Made by a program: the position numbers and the translations under genes. A stretch of 57,498 nt of DNA, the filler included, from Dugesia japonica (Eukaryota): NCBI GenBank assembly GCA_001938525.1. It is 5 parts of 5 records of this genome, joined end to end, with 100 filler letters (N's around TTAATTAATTAA, not from the genome) between each part and the next. Parts side by side here need not be neighbours in the genome. Positions count along the whole stretch, not along the records: positions 1 to 9,315 come from MQRL01605081.1; positions 9,416 to 19,236 come from MQRL01599749.1; 3 more parts are not named here. One strand, written 5' to 3'. Under the pieces are notes generated by a model that had not been told where the DNA came from, ran no database searches, and saw only the letters and a program-made list of their open reading frames with translations. Positions 1 to 10,195 of this stretch are shown in pieces. How positions within the stretch are numbered: the first letter of the stretch is position 1; the number at the start of each line of letters is the position of its first letter.

Positions 1-231
1 AATAATAATTACTATCAAATAAAATCTTGACTTATTAAAATAATTAAATAATAATAATTGTTAGATGAATCTGTAACATTCACCTTTGCATTTAAAAATT
101 GAACACTTTTTTTCTAATAAATAAAGAGGGTGCTCTATGACCCTATTTTTATTATTATAGTAAAAATAATTTGTGATTTCCATTATTTGTATTATATTAA
201 TTAATAATTTATNNNNNNNNNNAACACTCGG

Positions 232-1490
232 AATATAAATTAACTTGGAAAATCCAAATCTCAAATATTCCAGATTATTAAAGGCAGACAAAGAAAATAT
301 TAAACCACTCACCACGAATGCATGCAGATTTGGATTTCTAAATCTGATGTCAATCAAACGCCCGTGACGATACGAACAGTAGTAGTGGTGATATGAGTTG
401 TGTGTATACAGAGAACCGTTAGTGATAGANNNNNNNNNNNNNNNNNNNNNNNNNNNNNNNNNNNNNNNNNNNNNNNNNNNNNNNNNNNNNNNNNNNNNNN
501 NNNNNNNNNNNNNNNNNNNNNNNNNNNNNNNNNNNNNNNNNNNNNNNNNNNNNNNNNNNNNNNNNNNNNNNNNNNNNNNNNNNNNNNNNNNNNNNNNNNN
601 NNNNNNNNNNNNNNNNNNNNNNNNNNNNNNNNNTCATTTAAGTCACCTTATCAGTTTTCCGATAATTACTATAAAGTACAAAATTTGGACCTAACCAACT
701 ATCGAACTAAAGTCATTTTAAATTAATTTTCCTTATAGGGATTAATAATATTATCTGAGCGATATCTGCTTTACCGAAGATAGTTCTCCTTTTTAATAGA
801 TGCTAAAGCAGTCGAAATTAAATGAAAGATTTTCGATTTAATACTACAGAAAAAGGCTGAAATGTTTTCAAATCGATGTCCAGGCCTACGATGAAATTAT
901 TCACAGAAAATTTTGATGAAAGCAATCACAGAAAAATATCCCAATTATGCTGAATTCAATCAGAGAAAAATATAATCAATTGTAAGAAATCAANNNNNNN
1001 NNNNNNNNNNAAACATGCTAGGATCAATAAGTAAACAATGAGAGATTAAGCAGAGAAAATATCAGAAACAGTATGAATACAATCACAGATAATATCAGAA
1101 TTATGATGAATTAAATTAAGGAAAAAATATCAGAAACATGTCGAAAGCGATCAAGAATAAATGCTGAAAAGTCGATGAAATTGATCAGAGCAAAGTGCTG
1201 AAAATGTGATGTGATTGCACAAATAAAAACTGCGAAGAAAAGGATGGAATTTAGCAAGAGAACAATGCTGGAAATGTGACAATAGTGAACAGAGAAGATG
1301 CAGGGAATGCGTCAAAGTTATACAACGCAAATTTCTGAAATGATCGTCGAGTCAGTCACGAGAAAAGGTAGTAAATACTAGACAAATTAGCTTAAGAAAA
1401 TACTGAAAGTGTATGAAGGGAAATCTGTGAATTACTGTAAAAAATGAGTCGCTGTTTATGACAATGAGATATGCTAACATTGAAGGATTA
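232..1490. repeat. Fragment of a long LTR-like repeat family with internal degenerate ~33-bp repeats
   Basis: 255-400 (aatctcaaat...agatttggatttctaaatctgatgtcaatcaaacg...acgaaca...atgagttgt) aligns with the reverse complement of about 22110-22250. The repeats at 880-1400 resemble the reverse complement of 21530-21780. Confidence 0.5.
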
Positions 1491-1492
1491 TT

Positions 1493-1790
1493 AGTAGTAG
1501 GTAGATAGTAGCTCTAAGGCACAATTGCGCACTAGCACAATTTGGGGGACCCCACTCTCAACCCGGAGGGAGGCTCGGAAACATATTAAGATTGTGGTAT
1601 GATTTTTTGGTTAGGTTTTTTCTAAGATTTTTGGGATCAAAAGCTTTTTGATCGGATCAGTTTTTTTGATCTTGTGATTGTGTGTGTGTTTTTAAATTTT
1701 AAAATTTGTGTGTGTTTGGGTTGTTAAGGGCTTTTTAAAAAAGTAAGTCAGGTTGAGTTTGTGTGTGTGAAAGAATGGTTTTGGACTCGA
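1493..1790 (+). mobile_element. Maverick/Polinton-type terminal inverted repeat (left-facing end)
   Basis: Starts AGTAGTAGGTAGATAG, the typical Polinton AG microsatellite terminus. It is colinear with the reverse complement of 38025-38333, e.g. the shared block gtgtgtgtgtttttaaattttaaaatttgtgtgtgtttgggttgttaagg, and that copy abuts a Maverick capsid gene. Confidence 0.75.
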
Positions 1791-1892
1791 GGAGGAGCTG
1801 TAGATCTTGGAAATAATTTTTTTGGAGTTTTTAATTTTTTAGAGTTTGTTGTTGGACGAAAATTCGGTGTTGGGCTATGTGTTCTATACATT

Positions 1893-3314
1893 GTGTTGGG
1901 CTAGAACACATAATTTTAATGAGGAAGAAATAATAAACCATCTCAAAATAATATGAAAATCCGCAGGAGAACAAGCAGAAAAATAAGTAAAATTTGGTGC
2001 TGGGCCAGAAAATTGACTCTATAGTATTATTATTATTACGTAATTATTATTATTGTTATAATTATTATGAATTATTATAAAAGATTGGAAAAGGAAAAAA
2101 ATCGGGTTTAGAAGACCTAAATTTAATGGTACAAAAATAGAAATGATACGGATAAGAAGTGAATGATTAATTAAATAATAAAAATAATATATTATAATAT
2201 TATATTAAGGGGGTCTCTACGACTCTATTTCATTACTATAATAACGCTAATTAGCGTTTGATATTATTATATTTTCGTTAATGAAGTCTGGTCCAGTCAT
2301 TGTGCACTGTCTGAATCAGGCGATAAAAGTTGAAAATAATCAACAAAACGGTTGATTCACTACGATTCAGACAAGGACTTTTCACGATAACGCGCGAGGT
2401 AATCGAAGGTCACATGAGGTGACTGATGAAAAATTTTGTAGTCATCAAAGTGCGAGTTGATGGGCAGAAACCTCATCTGCCCAGGAAGGAAACTAAGTAG
2501 AACTACACACCACTTGCCCAATCAGATGTCAGAATCGTGGAACAGCCGAAGCGGATTGGCGGGCCAATCTGCGTAAAAATTATATGCATGCCGGTACCAG
2601 ATAAAACCGAGCTGCAGCAGAATTAAAACAGAGACAATGAGAGTAAAAAATTTGTTTTTAAAAATTGTACGAAAATATTTTAGATTACTCACTACATTTA
2701 ATCAGCTATTTCCAAAAAGTTAATTATACAGCTACCACTGAATTTTAAAGGATAGTATCTTAATTATTCGAAGAAAAATAATCCAGTGGAATTCAACGAA
2801 AAAAAAAGTAAACTCCAAATTTTATTAACATGCCATAAAATCATTATGTAAAATTTATTATCCGAGTGTCATATCAAGATGTTTATGGTGGATGATCTTG
2901 GTCGTCGAGATATAGAGCCGCTCGAGACCGAAAAGTTATTTGATAATCTAAGAAAGTAAAAGCAAGGCAAGATGGAGGTTTTCACGGGATTAAATTAGTC
3001 GGAAACTCGAGAGGTTCCAAGAGTTCAGAGAAGCTAAAATACTATAACTGAGAATTACCTGGATATAATTTTTATTAACAATGGAGTTCGGAAATCAGAA
3101 GGAAATCTAAGAGGAAGATGAGGAGTAACTGTGAGATGAGAGTTCAATTAAATTCCAAAGTGTAGTATCTTTCTAGAGAAGAGTTGTATGTACTGTTCAT
3201 TTGATTTTGGAAATTGGGATTGAGGTGTTTATGTTGAATTAAAGTACAATTTAGTGTAGTTTTAAAAAAGAGAAAAAACAATAAATTATTATTAAATCAT
3301 TAAATTAAATTACA
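1893..3314. repeat. ~1.4-kb LTR-like repeat (TG...CA), related to 21154-22587
   Basis: Shares ordered motifs with the reverse complement of 22270-22587: ctagaac, gcagga, gtgctgggcc.gaaa, (att)n, aaggg..tctct..gac.ct.atttcatta, ctggtcca. The right boundary is uncertain. Confidence 0.5.
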
Positions 3315-3348
3315 AAGTTATTTCGTTTATTTTATTTATTTTTTTAAT

Positions 3349-3600
3349 ATATATCAGAAATTCAAGAAACACCTTAATTGAATATTTCGGTTATTTCATT
3401 TTATTTGTTTAAAATAACTATATATCAGAAATTCAAGAAGTATCTTAATCTAATATCTTGGTGGTTTCATTTTATTTTTTTTAAAATTAAATATATATCA
3501 GAAATTTCAGAAGTATCTTAATTTGATATCTCGGTTGTTACATTTTAATTGTTTTATTAAATATATATCAGAAATTCAAGAAGCATCTTGATTTCATAGT
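3349..3600. repeat. Tandem repeat, ~71-bp unit, ~3.5 copies
   Basis: ATATCAGAAATT(C/T)(A/C)AGAA recurs near 3351, 3422, 3495 and 3565, each followed by conserved (a/t)cttaat...ggt...cattttatt. Confidence 0.85.
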
Positions 3601-4033
3601 GTTAGAAGTTTGGTTGATGATTATAGCAGGCAGCAATTTTTTGTTTGATTGATGTTGGAAAAGTCAAGTAACTCATTTGGTTCATATACTTCAAGATAGA
3701 GAAATAATTTCGTAATTTGATGGTGATAGGGACATCTTTCGAGAATTCCGAAAGATAGAGAACGCGAAAAGATGGTGGTTTCTGGCTATCATCTTCTCTA
3801 GTTCACCTTCTATGAATAGGGACGAATCACTATTAGGCCGCAGGCCAAAAAATCGGATAATTAATTATTGTGGTATGCCATTAAATTTTTAAATAAGTAC
3901 CAATGAATTTAACTTCTTATGATTACAGATGCATGAATCGAATCAAGATGGGAACAGTGAGGAAAAGAAAGAGGATTCAGGTGCATATATAGATGAGGTT
4001 GGACAGTTTTATGTGGAATGATCGGAAGTACAA

Positions 4034-4684
4034 TTGATGCTGAGACGAGAAAAGGAAAAATGGGAGATGGAAGTTGCAAATGTTCGGACTGATCTAGAAA
4101 CAACCCAGTTACAAATGTTGATAAAGGACACCAATCACTTGATAACCAATTATCAATGGAAATACGGTCAGAGGATTACTGGGAAAAAGACCTCGATGCT
4201 GTCTGATTCCTCGACAGAGAGTCCATTGAAGATTACTGATGTTCGGATGTTGGTGAAATTTTCAGAGGATGAGATGGAAGCCGAAGAGCTACAGATAATG
4301 CGGCAATTGTTGGGGCTGAGAGAGATTGCTCCGGTGGAATTCGACGAAGAAATAGGAAAGAACAAGGAGTTCGTCGTCGAAAAGAAAAGATGGGCCGAGG
4401 AGCGTCGCGAACTGCGCAATGAGATATTAAGGCTGAAGGGAAAAGTCATGAAGGTCACGGGCAAATTCAATCAGCAAAAAGAGAAGGAGTTGTCCCTTCA
4501 GCACGCCAATCGTCTCATGGCTGAAGTGATTAAAACCTTTGCTGATCGGGAAGGATCGATGTTCTCCACCTTAAAAACCCTGTGGCTGAATTATCGATCA
4601 ACGTCAGACGATTCAATTGGTACTAAGATTATCGTGGATTTGGATGCAGATTATATAATTATAACTGCAGCTGTAAATAATTAA
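4034..4684 (+). CDS. Coiled-coil protein of unknown function, probably an accessory ORF of an LTR retroelement (5' part decayed)
   Basis: 216-aa E/K/R-rich ORF in a GC-richer island. It is followed by AATAAA and then a polypurine tract plus TG at 4851-4867. No known domain recognised. Confidence 0.45.
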   Translation: MMLRREKEKWEMEVANVRTDLETTQLQMLIKDTNHLITNYQWKYGQRITGKKTSMLSDSSTESPLKITDVRMLVKFSEDEMEAEELQIMRQLLGLREIAPVEFDEEIGKNKEFVVEKKRWAEERRELRNEILRLKGKVMKVTGKFNQQKEKELSLQHANRLMAEVIKTFADREGSMFSTLKTLWLNYRSTSDDSIGTKIIVDLDADYIIITAAVNN

Positions 4685-4850
4685 ATAAAAATTAGTGGAT
4701 GTCGAATGGCTATTTTGAATTAGAAATTTTATTTTTTCTTGAGTAAAGCTATAATATTAAATTTTAACTGAGCATAAAGCCGATTATTGCTGTCCGGGTT
4801 CATGTATTCAGCGAGTAAGACGTGATACCGCAAAGTCGCGCTGAATCCGT

Positions 4851-5050
4851 AGAAAGAGAGGGGCATGTCACATAGGTGACTCAAATGCTTGTGGTTTTTA
4901 GGTATGTCCCTAAACGAGATAGATCAGATTCATTTATTCACGAAAATAAACGGTTGTGAAAAGTGCAGAAAATAAATTCTTATTATTTAAAATTCTAAAA
5001 ACCCAACAATTATTTAAAGGACTTATGGTGTGTGATGGATGGTTTTCGCT
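4851..5050 (+). mobile_element. Polypurine tract plus start of a 3' LTR
   Basis: AGAAAGAGAGGGGCA|TGTCACATAGGTGA. The same start, TGTCACATAGTGA, opens the repeat at 21154. Confidence 0.55.
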
Positions 5051-6760
5051 AGAAGGGTAGTGGCGCCACGGAACGGTCGTATGAATTATCGTGGCGTGTT
5101 TTTTGTGAGGTTTTAGATTTGTAGGAGATTATTGGATTTGAATGGTAGATATGTTGTTAGAAAGGTAATGTGATGGAAAAGATTTGTTATGTAATAGGTG
5201 CTTTTATTTTTTATTTAAAGACCTTTAATTTGATTGCTTGATTTTTGTAAGTAGTATAAGTGTGTTAAAATAATTTTTCGGGACGGAGAGAGTAGTATGT
5301 GTTGAAAGAGAATTAATTATTGAATTTTTTAATAATTATTTGAAATTTTTCTGTTTGGTGGGCATGACGTCATAATGTTTTGAAATCTTTATTTTGGTTA
5401 AAAATGCTGTAATTTGCTTAAATTGATGAATTTATTGAAAGTAATGGCATTTATGAGTATTTTTGACTGGGAATTGTGTTTTCATATTTTTCGAAACGGG
5501 AAGAGGAGAGTCTTGTTACTTTTTGAGGTGGGAAATTTAAAAAAAATTTTGGCGAGAAATTTAAAAACATATTTTTATGCGGGAAAATCCAAAATTTTTT
5601 TTCATGGGAAATTTAAATTTTTTTTGAACAGACTTTACATTTATTTATGAGATGAAGCAGTCTTGATATTTAGCATGGAGAGTTTCTATATTTAGTAAGG
5701 GGAGTTTCTATATTAAGCATGGTATTTGGCACTCTTGATATTTAGCATGGGGAGTTTCTATATTTAGCTTGGTATTGGGCAGTCTTGATATTTTGTATGG
5801 GACGGTCTCTATATTTAGCATGGTATAAGGCAGTCTTGATATTTTGAATGGTGTGGGGCAGTCTTGATATTTTGCAAGGAATTTGCATTCAAAATTCATA
5901 GGTATTTGATTTTCAGTGTAAGTATGTTGCATCTGAGTTGCATCTGAGTTGCATACCTATTCTATTTATTGAAAAAATCAGAAAATATTCAAAATGGCGG
6001 CTCTGTTGAGTTTTAAAAAATCAAAATGGCAGCTATGTTCAGTTTTAAAAATTCTAAGGCGCATGATTTTCAGTGAATGTGTGTTGCATNNNNNNNNNNN
6101 NNNNGTTGCATACCTATTGCATTTATTATTTTAAAATTTCCAGGCATGTGATTTTTAGTGTGTGTGTGTTGCTATAATGTATGTATGTATGCATGTTATG
6201 TATGTAACATACAATGTATGTATGTTATAAACCTTACATTACTCAGTTTCTATGTAAATATTAAACTCAAAATACGTTAAACAGATATAAAAATATTTAC
6301 TTATAGGGAATTCATAATTTAACTCATAATTTAACTTATATTTTTAACTCATAATAACTCATAATTTACTTATGAGAATTCTTGGCAACTGAGCTCCTTA
6401 CCTATTGTATTTATTTAAAAAAATCAATAAAAATTCAAAATGGTGGCCTTGTTGAGTTTTAAAAATATCTTTTTGGTGGGAAATTTAGTAAAACTTCTCA
6501 GACGCATGATTTTCAGTGTATGTGTGTTACATTCTTGTGACATTTGAGTTGCATACCTAATGCATTCATTAAAAAATCAATAAAAATTCAAAATGGCGAC
6601 TATGTTGAGTTTCAAAAATTTCTTTTTTGGTGGGAAATTTATTAAAAATTATCAGTCGCGCGATTTTTAGTGTATGTATGTTGCATCTGAGTTGCATTTA
6701 TTGAAAAATATCTATCAAAAACTTTAAAGAGGGTAGTCTATGTGATATTTACTTCAAATA
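5051..6760 (+). mobile_element. Probable Maverick-type end with subterminal tandem repeats
   Basis: GGGTAGTGGCGCCACGG at 5055 resembles GGTAGTAGCGCACGG of the 38333 terminus. It is followed by GGGAAATTT repeats, a ~50-bp tandem array (5658-5878) and larger repeats containing CAAAATGGCG. Confidence 0.45.
5658..5878. repeat. Tandem minisatellite (~50-bp unit, GCAGTCTTGATATTT...GAGTTTCTATATTTAG)
   Basis: GCA(G/C)TCTTGATATTT occurs at about 5658, 5729, 5779, 5830 and 5858. Confidence 0.85.
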
Positions 6761-6784
6761 AAAAAAGCTTTTTGTGGCAAATTT

Positions 6785-8644
6785 TCATAAAAACATATTA
6801 GCTGGATACTTTTCTGTAGAAAATTACAAAAAACATAGAACCTTTTTTCATAACAATCATAAATTCATGGTACCTTTCCATATATAACTAATAAGTCTAT
6901 ATAAAAACTTATAAGAAAATATTTTTATGATTGTAAACGGTTAATAAGTAAATAGGGTTTATGAGTGCATTATTTACTTAGTTACTTTGTATTATTTACA
7001 TAGTAACCCTGTATAACACGGTTTATGAGTATATTATTTGCATAGCAAATTACATTATAAGATTTATGAGAGTGATAATTGTCTTTATATATAACTAAAA
7101 GTTACTTTAAAAATTAATGTAAAAATACCTTTAAGGTCTATATAAAACTTAAAAGTAAATGTTGTTATGACTATATAGGGTTTATGAGTGTATTATTAAC
7201 ATACTCACTACGGCATATAATGTTTTAAATGTATTATTTACCTTCTCTTATGTACAAAATAAACGAGTAATTTAAAGTTTTGAATGTATAATTTACATAA
7301 TAACTGAGTAATATAGGTTTCATGAGAGTGGCTATCTTTGTATATATAACTTAAAATATTGATATATTCAGAAATCGTATGTTGGTGTTTTAGCATTATC
7401 ACTTGGTGTGCAAAATNNNNNNNNNNNNNNNNNNNNNNNNNNNNNNNNNNNNNNNNNNNNNNNNATAGTATTTGGCCAGTTTTAAAAATTAAATTTTTTT
7501 CATAATTAAGTTTACATTCGTCAATTAATTTTTTCCATTTCTCATTGCCATCCTACATTAATCTGAATATTGGTTCATATAGGATGCCAAATACGAAATT
7601 GTCTAATAAATTGTCTTCTTTGTCGTTCATGAATATACTCAGGTGATTTATATAATTAATTTTCTCCATAATACTAGCATTTTTATAATTTGATGAATTA
7701 AATATTTTTATAAATTCAATAATAAATTATATATATATTTCTGAATTAATAAATTGATTTATATTTGAATAGTTAAATTGATTTATATTTGAATTTGAAT
7801 GTATGATATTTAAATTTTTTCTTGACGACAATAATTAATTATTTTTAATACGTCGGATTTGCTTACTAATTCTATAACAAATGATAGTTATATTTAATAA
7901 CTGAATTTTGACTGATTTATATAAATAAACCCTATATTACACGATTACTGTGTAGATAATACCTTTATAAACCTTACATTACTCAGTTGCTATGTAAATA
8001 TTACACTCAAAATACGTTAAACAGACATAAAAATAATTACTTATAGGTTTTTTTTATAAGTTTATAAGGTATTAATACAGTAATTTTAAGTTATATATAA
8101 AAAGATAGCCACTCTCATGAACCCTAAATTACTCAGTTATTATGTCAATTATACACTCAAAACTTTAAATTACTCTTTTTTGTTGTAATTAATACAAGGT
8201 CACTAGGTAAATGAAAACATTATATGCCGGAGTGAGTATGTAATAATACACTCATAAACCCTATATAGTCATAACAACATTTACTTATAAGGTATTTATA
8301 CAGTATTTTTACAGTAATATTTAGTTATATATGAAGACAATTACCACTCTCATAAATCCTATAATGCAAATTGCTATGTAAATAACATCAGTACAATATG
8401 TAAATTAAACATGGTTGTTATGCAAATAATATACTCATAAAATCCTTAATACAGGGTCACTATGTAAAAAATACATAGTAGCTAAGCAAATAAAGCACTC
8501 ATAAACCCTATACAATCATAAAATTATTTTCTTATAAGTTTTATATAGACTCATTAAAGGTTCCATGAATTAATGAATTTTATGAAAACGTTCTGTTTTT
8601 TGTAATTTTGTACAGAAACGTTTCCAGCTAATATGTTTTTATGA
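6785..8644. repeat. Long internally repetitive inverted repeat (foldback-like element), arms ~6785-7357 and ~8083-8644
   Basis: aaacatattagctggatac...aaattacaaaaaaca pairs with 8595-8640. catgagagtggctatcttt.tatatataacttaaaat pairs with 8083-8120. The arms are built of ggtttatgagtgtattattta subrepeats. Confidence 0.85.
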
Positions 8645-8799
8645 GAAAGTGTCACTACTAATATGTTTTATTATAGAAAAAATTGTAACACTAACATGTC
8701 TTTTTGAATAGAAAAATTGACAAAGTCTTTTTAATTTTATTATAAAAAAACAAAGACTTAATAATAATACATTTATTCATCTATAAAAAAAATATTCAA

Positions 8800-9310
8800 T
8801 TATAATGATTAAGTTCAACCTGATTGTTCTTCATGGCAACAATGAGATTAAACTTTGTAAACCCAAAAAAATCAGCTGCCATATAGTGATTTACCACTAA
8901 TTCCGGAAGAAACGGTTATCTTTCTTCGTCCAGGATCCCCCGTTCTTCGCATATATCAACAAGAATTCCTGAATTAAATTAATTAATAAAATAAAAAATT
9001 TAATAAAAATCAAACATTTCTTACTATAATACTCTTCAATTTTCTCCATTTTTCCAGTATTTGGTGAATTCAATTTTTCTTTTAATTTACAAGAAATAAT
9101 AATGCAATGCAATATATATATATATATATATATATGCATAATAAAAAACAACAACGTAATATATTAATTATTTGAAATTTAAATATCTAAATTTAAATTA
9201 ATATTTTTTGTACTTGAATTGTAAAAGGTTTGCATTCGTGCGGCGAATTTTCTAAATTTTTTCAATCAAATTGAATAAAATTGAAGTAATGTTATCAAAA
9301 TATCCCTGAA
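8800..9310 (-). pseudogene. Possible decayed multi-exon gene fragment, unknown product
   Basis: GC-richer blocks bounded by ttcag acceptors (about 8968 and 9306) and gt donors. Contains in-frame stops and no recognisable domain. Confidence 0.2.
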
Positions 9311-9315
9311 AATTC

Positions 9316-9415
9316 NNNNNNNNNNNNNNNNNNNNNNNNNNNNNNNNNNNNNNNNNNNNTTAATTAATTAANNNNNNNNNNNNNNNNNNNNNNNNNNNNN
9401 NNNNNNNNNNNNNNN
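9316..9415. other. Artificial contig-joining linker (44 N + TTAATTAATTAA + 44 N)
   Basis: Exactly 100 bp. The core has stops in all six frames. The identical structure recurs three more times. Confidence 0.95.
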
Positions 9416-9982
9416 TTCATTAAAATAAATTCAATTTTCTAAAGACTGATTACCACAAAGACCTGCATAAACAAGGGGTAAATGAACAGTGTATGAGGCA
9501 CTATTCAATTTGTGCCGGCTTCGGAGTATCTACCCTTAGTATGTGAAATGAATAAAAAGGAAGAAGAAGCAAGTAAAATATCCAAAGGATTGAGTTCAAT
9601 AAAACTTGAAAGCCCTACACACACTATCAAAATCAGTTTTTAAAAACGGATATCCATTAAATTCCTATTTCTTGAAATTGGTATGGCAAAGTTTTTCTTT
9701 TGTTTAAGTGTTCTATTTTATCAATTATTTTGATGCAGCGTTCAAAACAATGAACTTTGAATGTGTTATTGTATTTCTTTTATAAATATCAACGTGCCAA
9801 AACACGATATAAAAACTAAAAATAGTTAAACAAATGACTTGTGATGTTTGCTAAAAATTATTTTCTCAAAGAAGCTAATTTGAATCTTCACATAAGCATT
9901 GTCCAGAATTATACGCGGTGCAACAGGGGACCGGGGCTATGAAATTGTGGCTTTTTGCGTACATAATATAGACACCATCTTA

Positions 9983-10195
9983 CGTAAGTCTTTCATTGAT
10001 TAATATTTTATAACACAATTATTTATTTATGATGTTTTTGAATATTGTTTTAATTATAATGTTATTATTTTATCTATAAATTTTCTATTAATTCAGTAAA
10101 AAGGCTTGTCATTAATATTAAGTATTTATTTAAGAATATATATTTTGTATTATTCAAACAAAATTGAATTTTTAAATAATCACTATTTTCTTACT
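9983..10195 (-). mobile_element. Putative 3' LTR of the Gypsy element
   Basis: On the minus strand, PPT GGAGAGGGA (10196-10204) is followed by AGTAAG. The other end is the near-inverted CTTACG at 9983-9988. Confidence 0.4.

Noticed and set aside
398-726. ORFs spanning N runs (also 14917-15180)
   Set aside because: Artefacts of gap translation.
3158-3170. AAGTGTAGTATCT match to the U2 snRNA branch-site region
   Set aside because: Only 13 nt match and the flanks do not match U2. Likely chance.
4168-4470. Antisense ORFs over coding or TE regions (also 12203-12424, 13411-13689, 28626-28808, 41835-42445, 46976-47209)
   Set aside because: Shadow frames of recognisable genes on the opposite strand.
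9835-9915. Single C2H2 zinc-finger-like remnant (CDVC.KLFSQ..NLNLHISIV)
   Set aside because: Contains a stop and a frameshift and is isolated. Its origin cannot be assigned.
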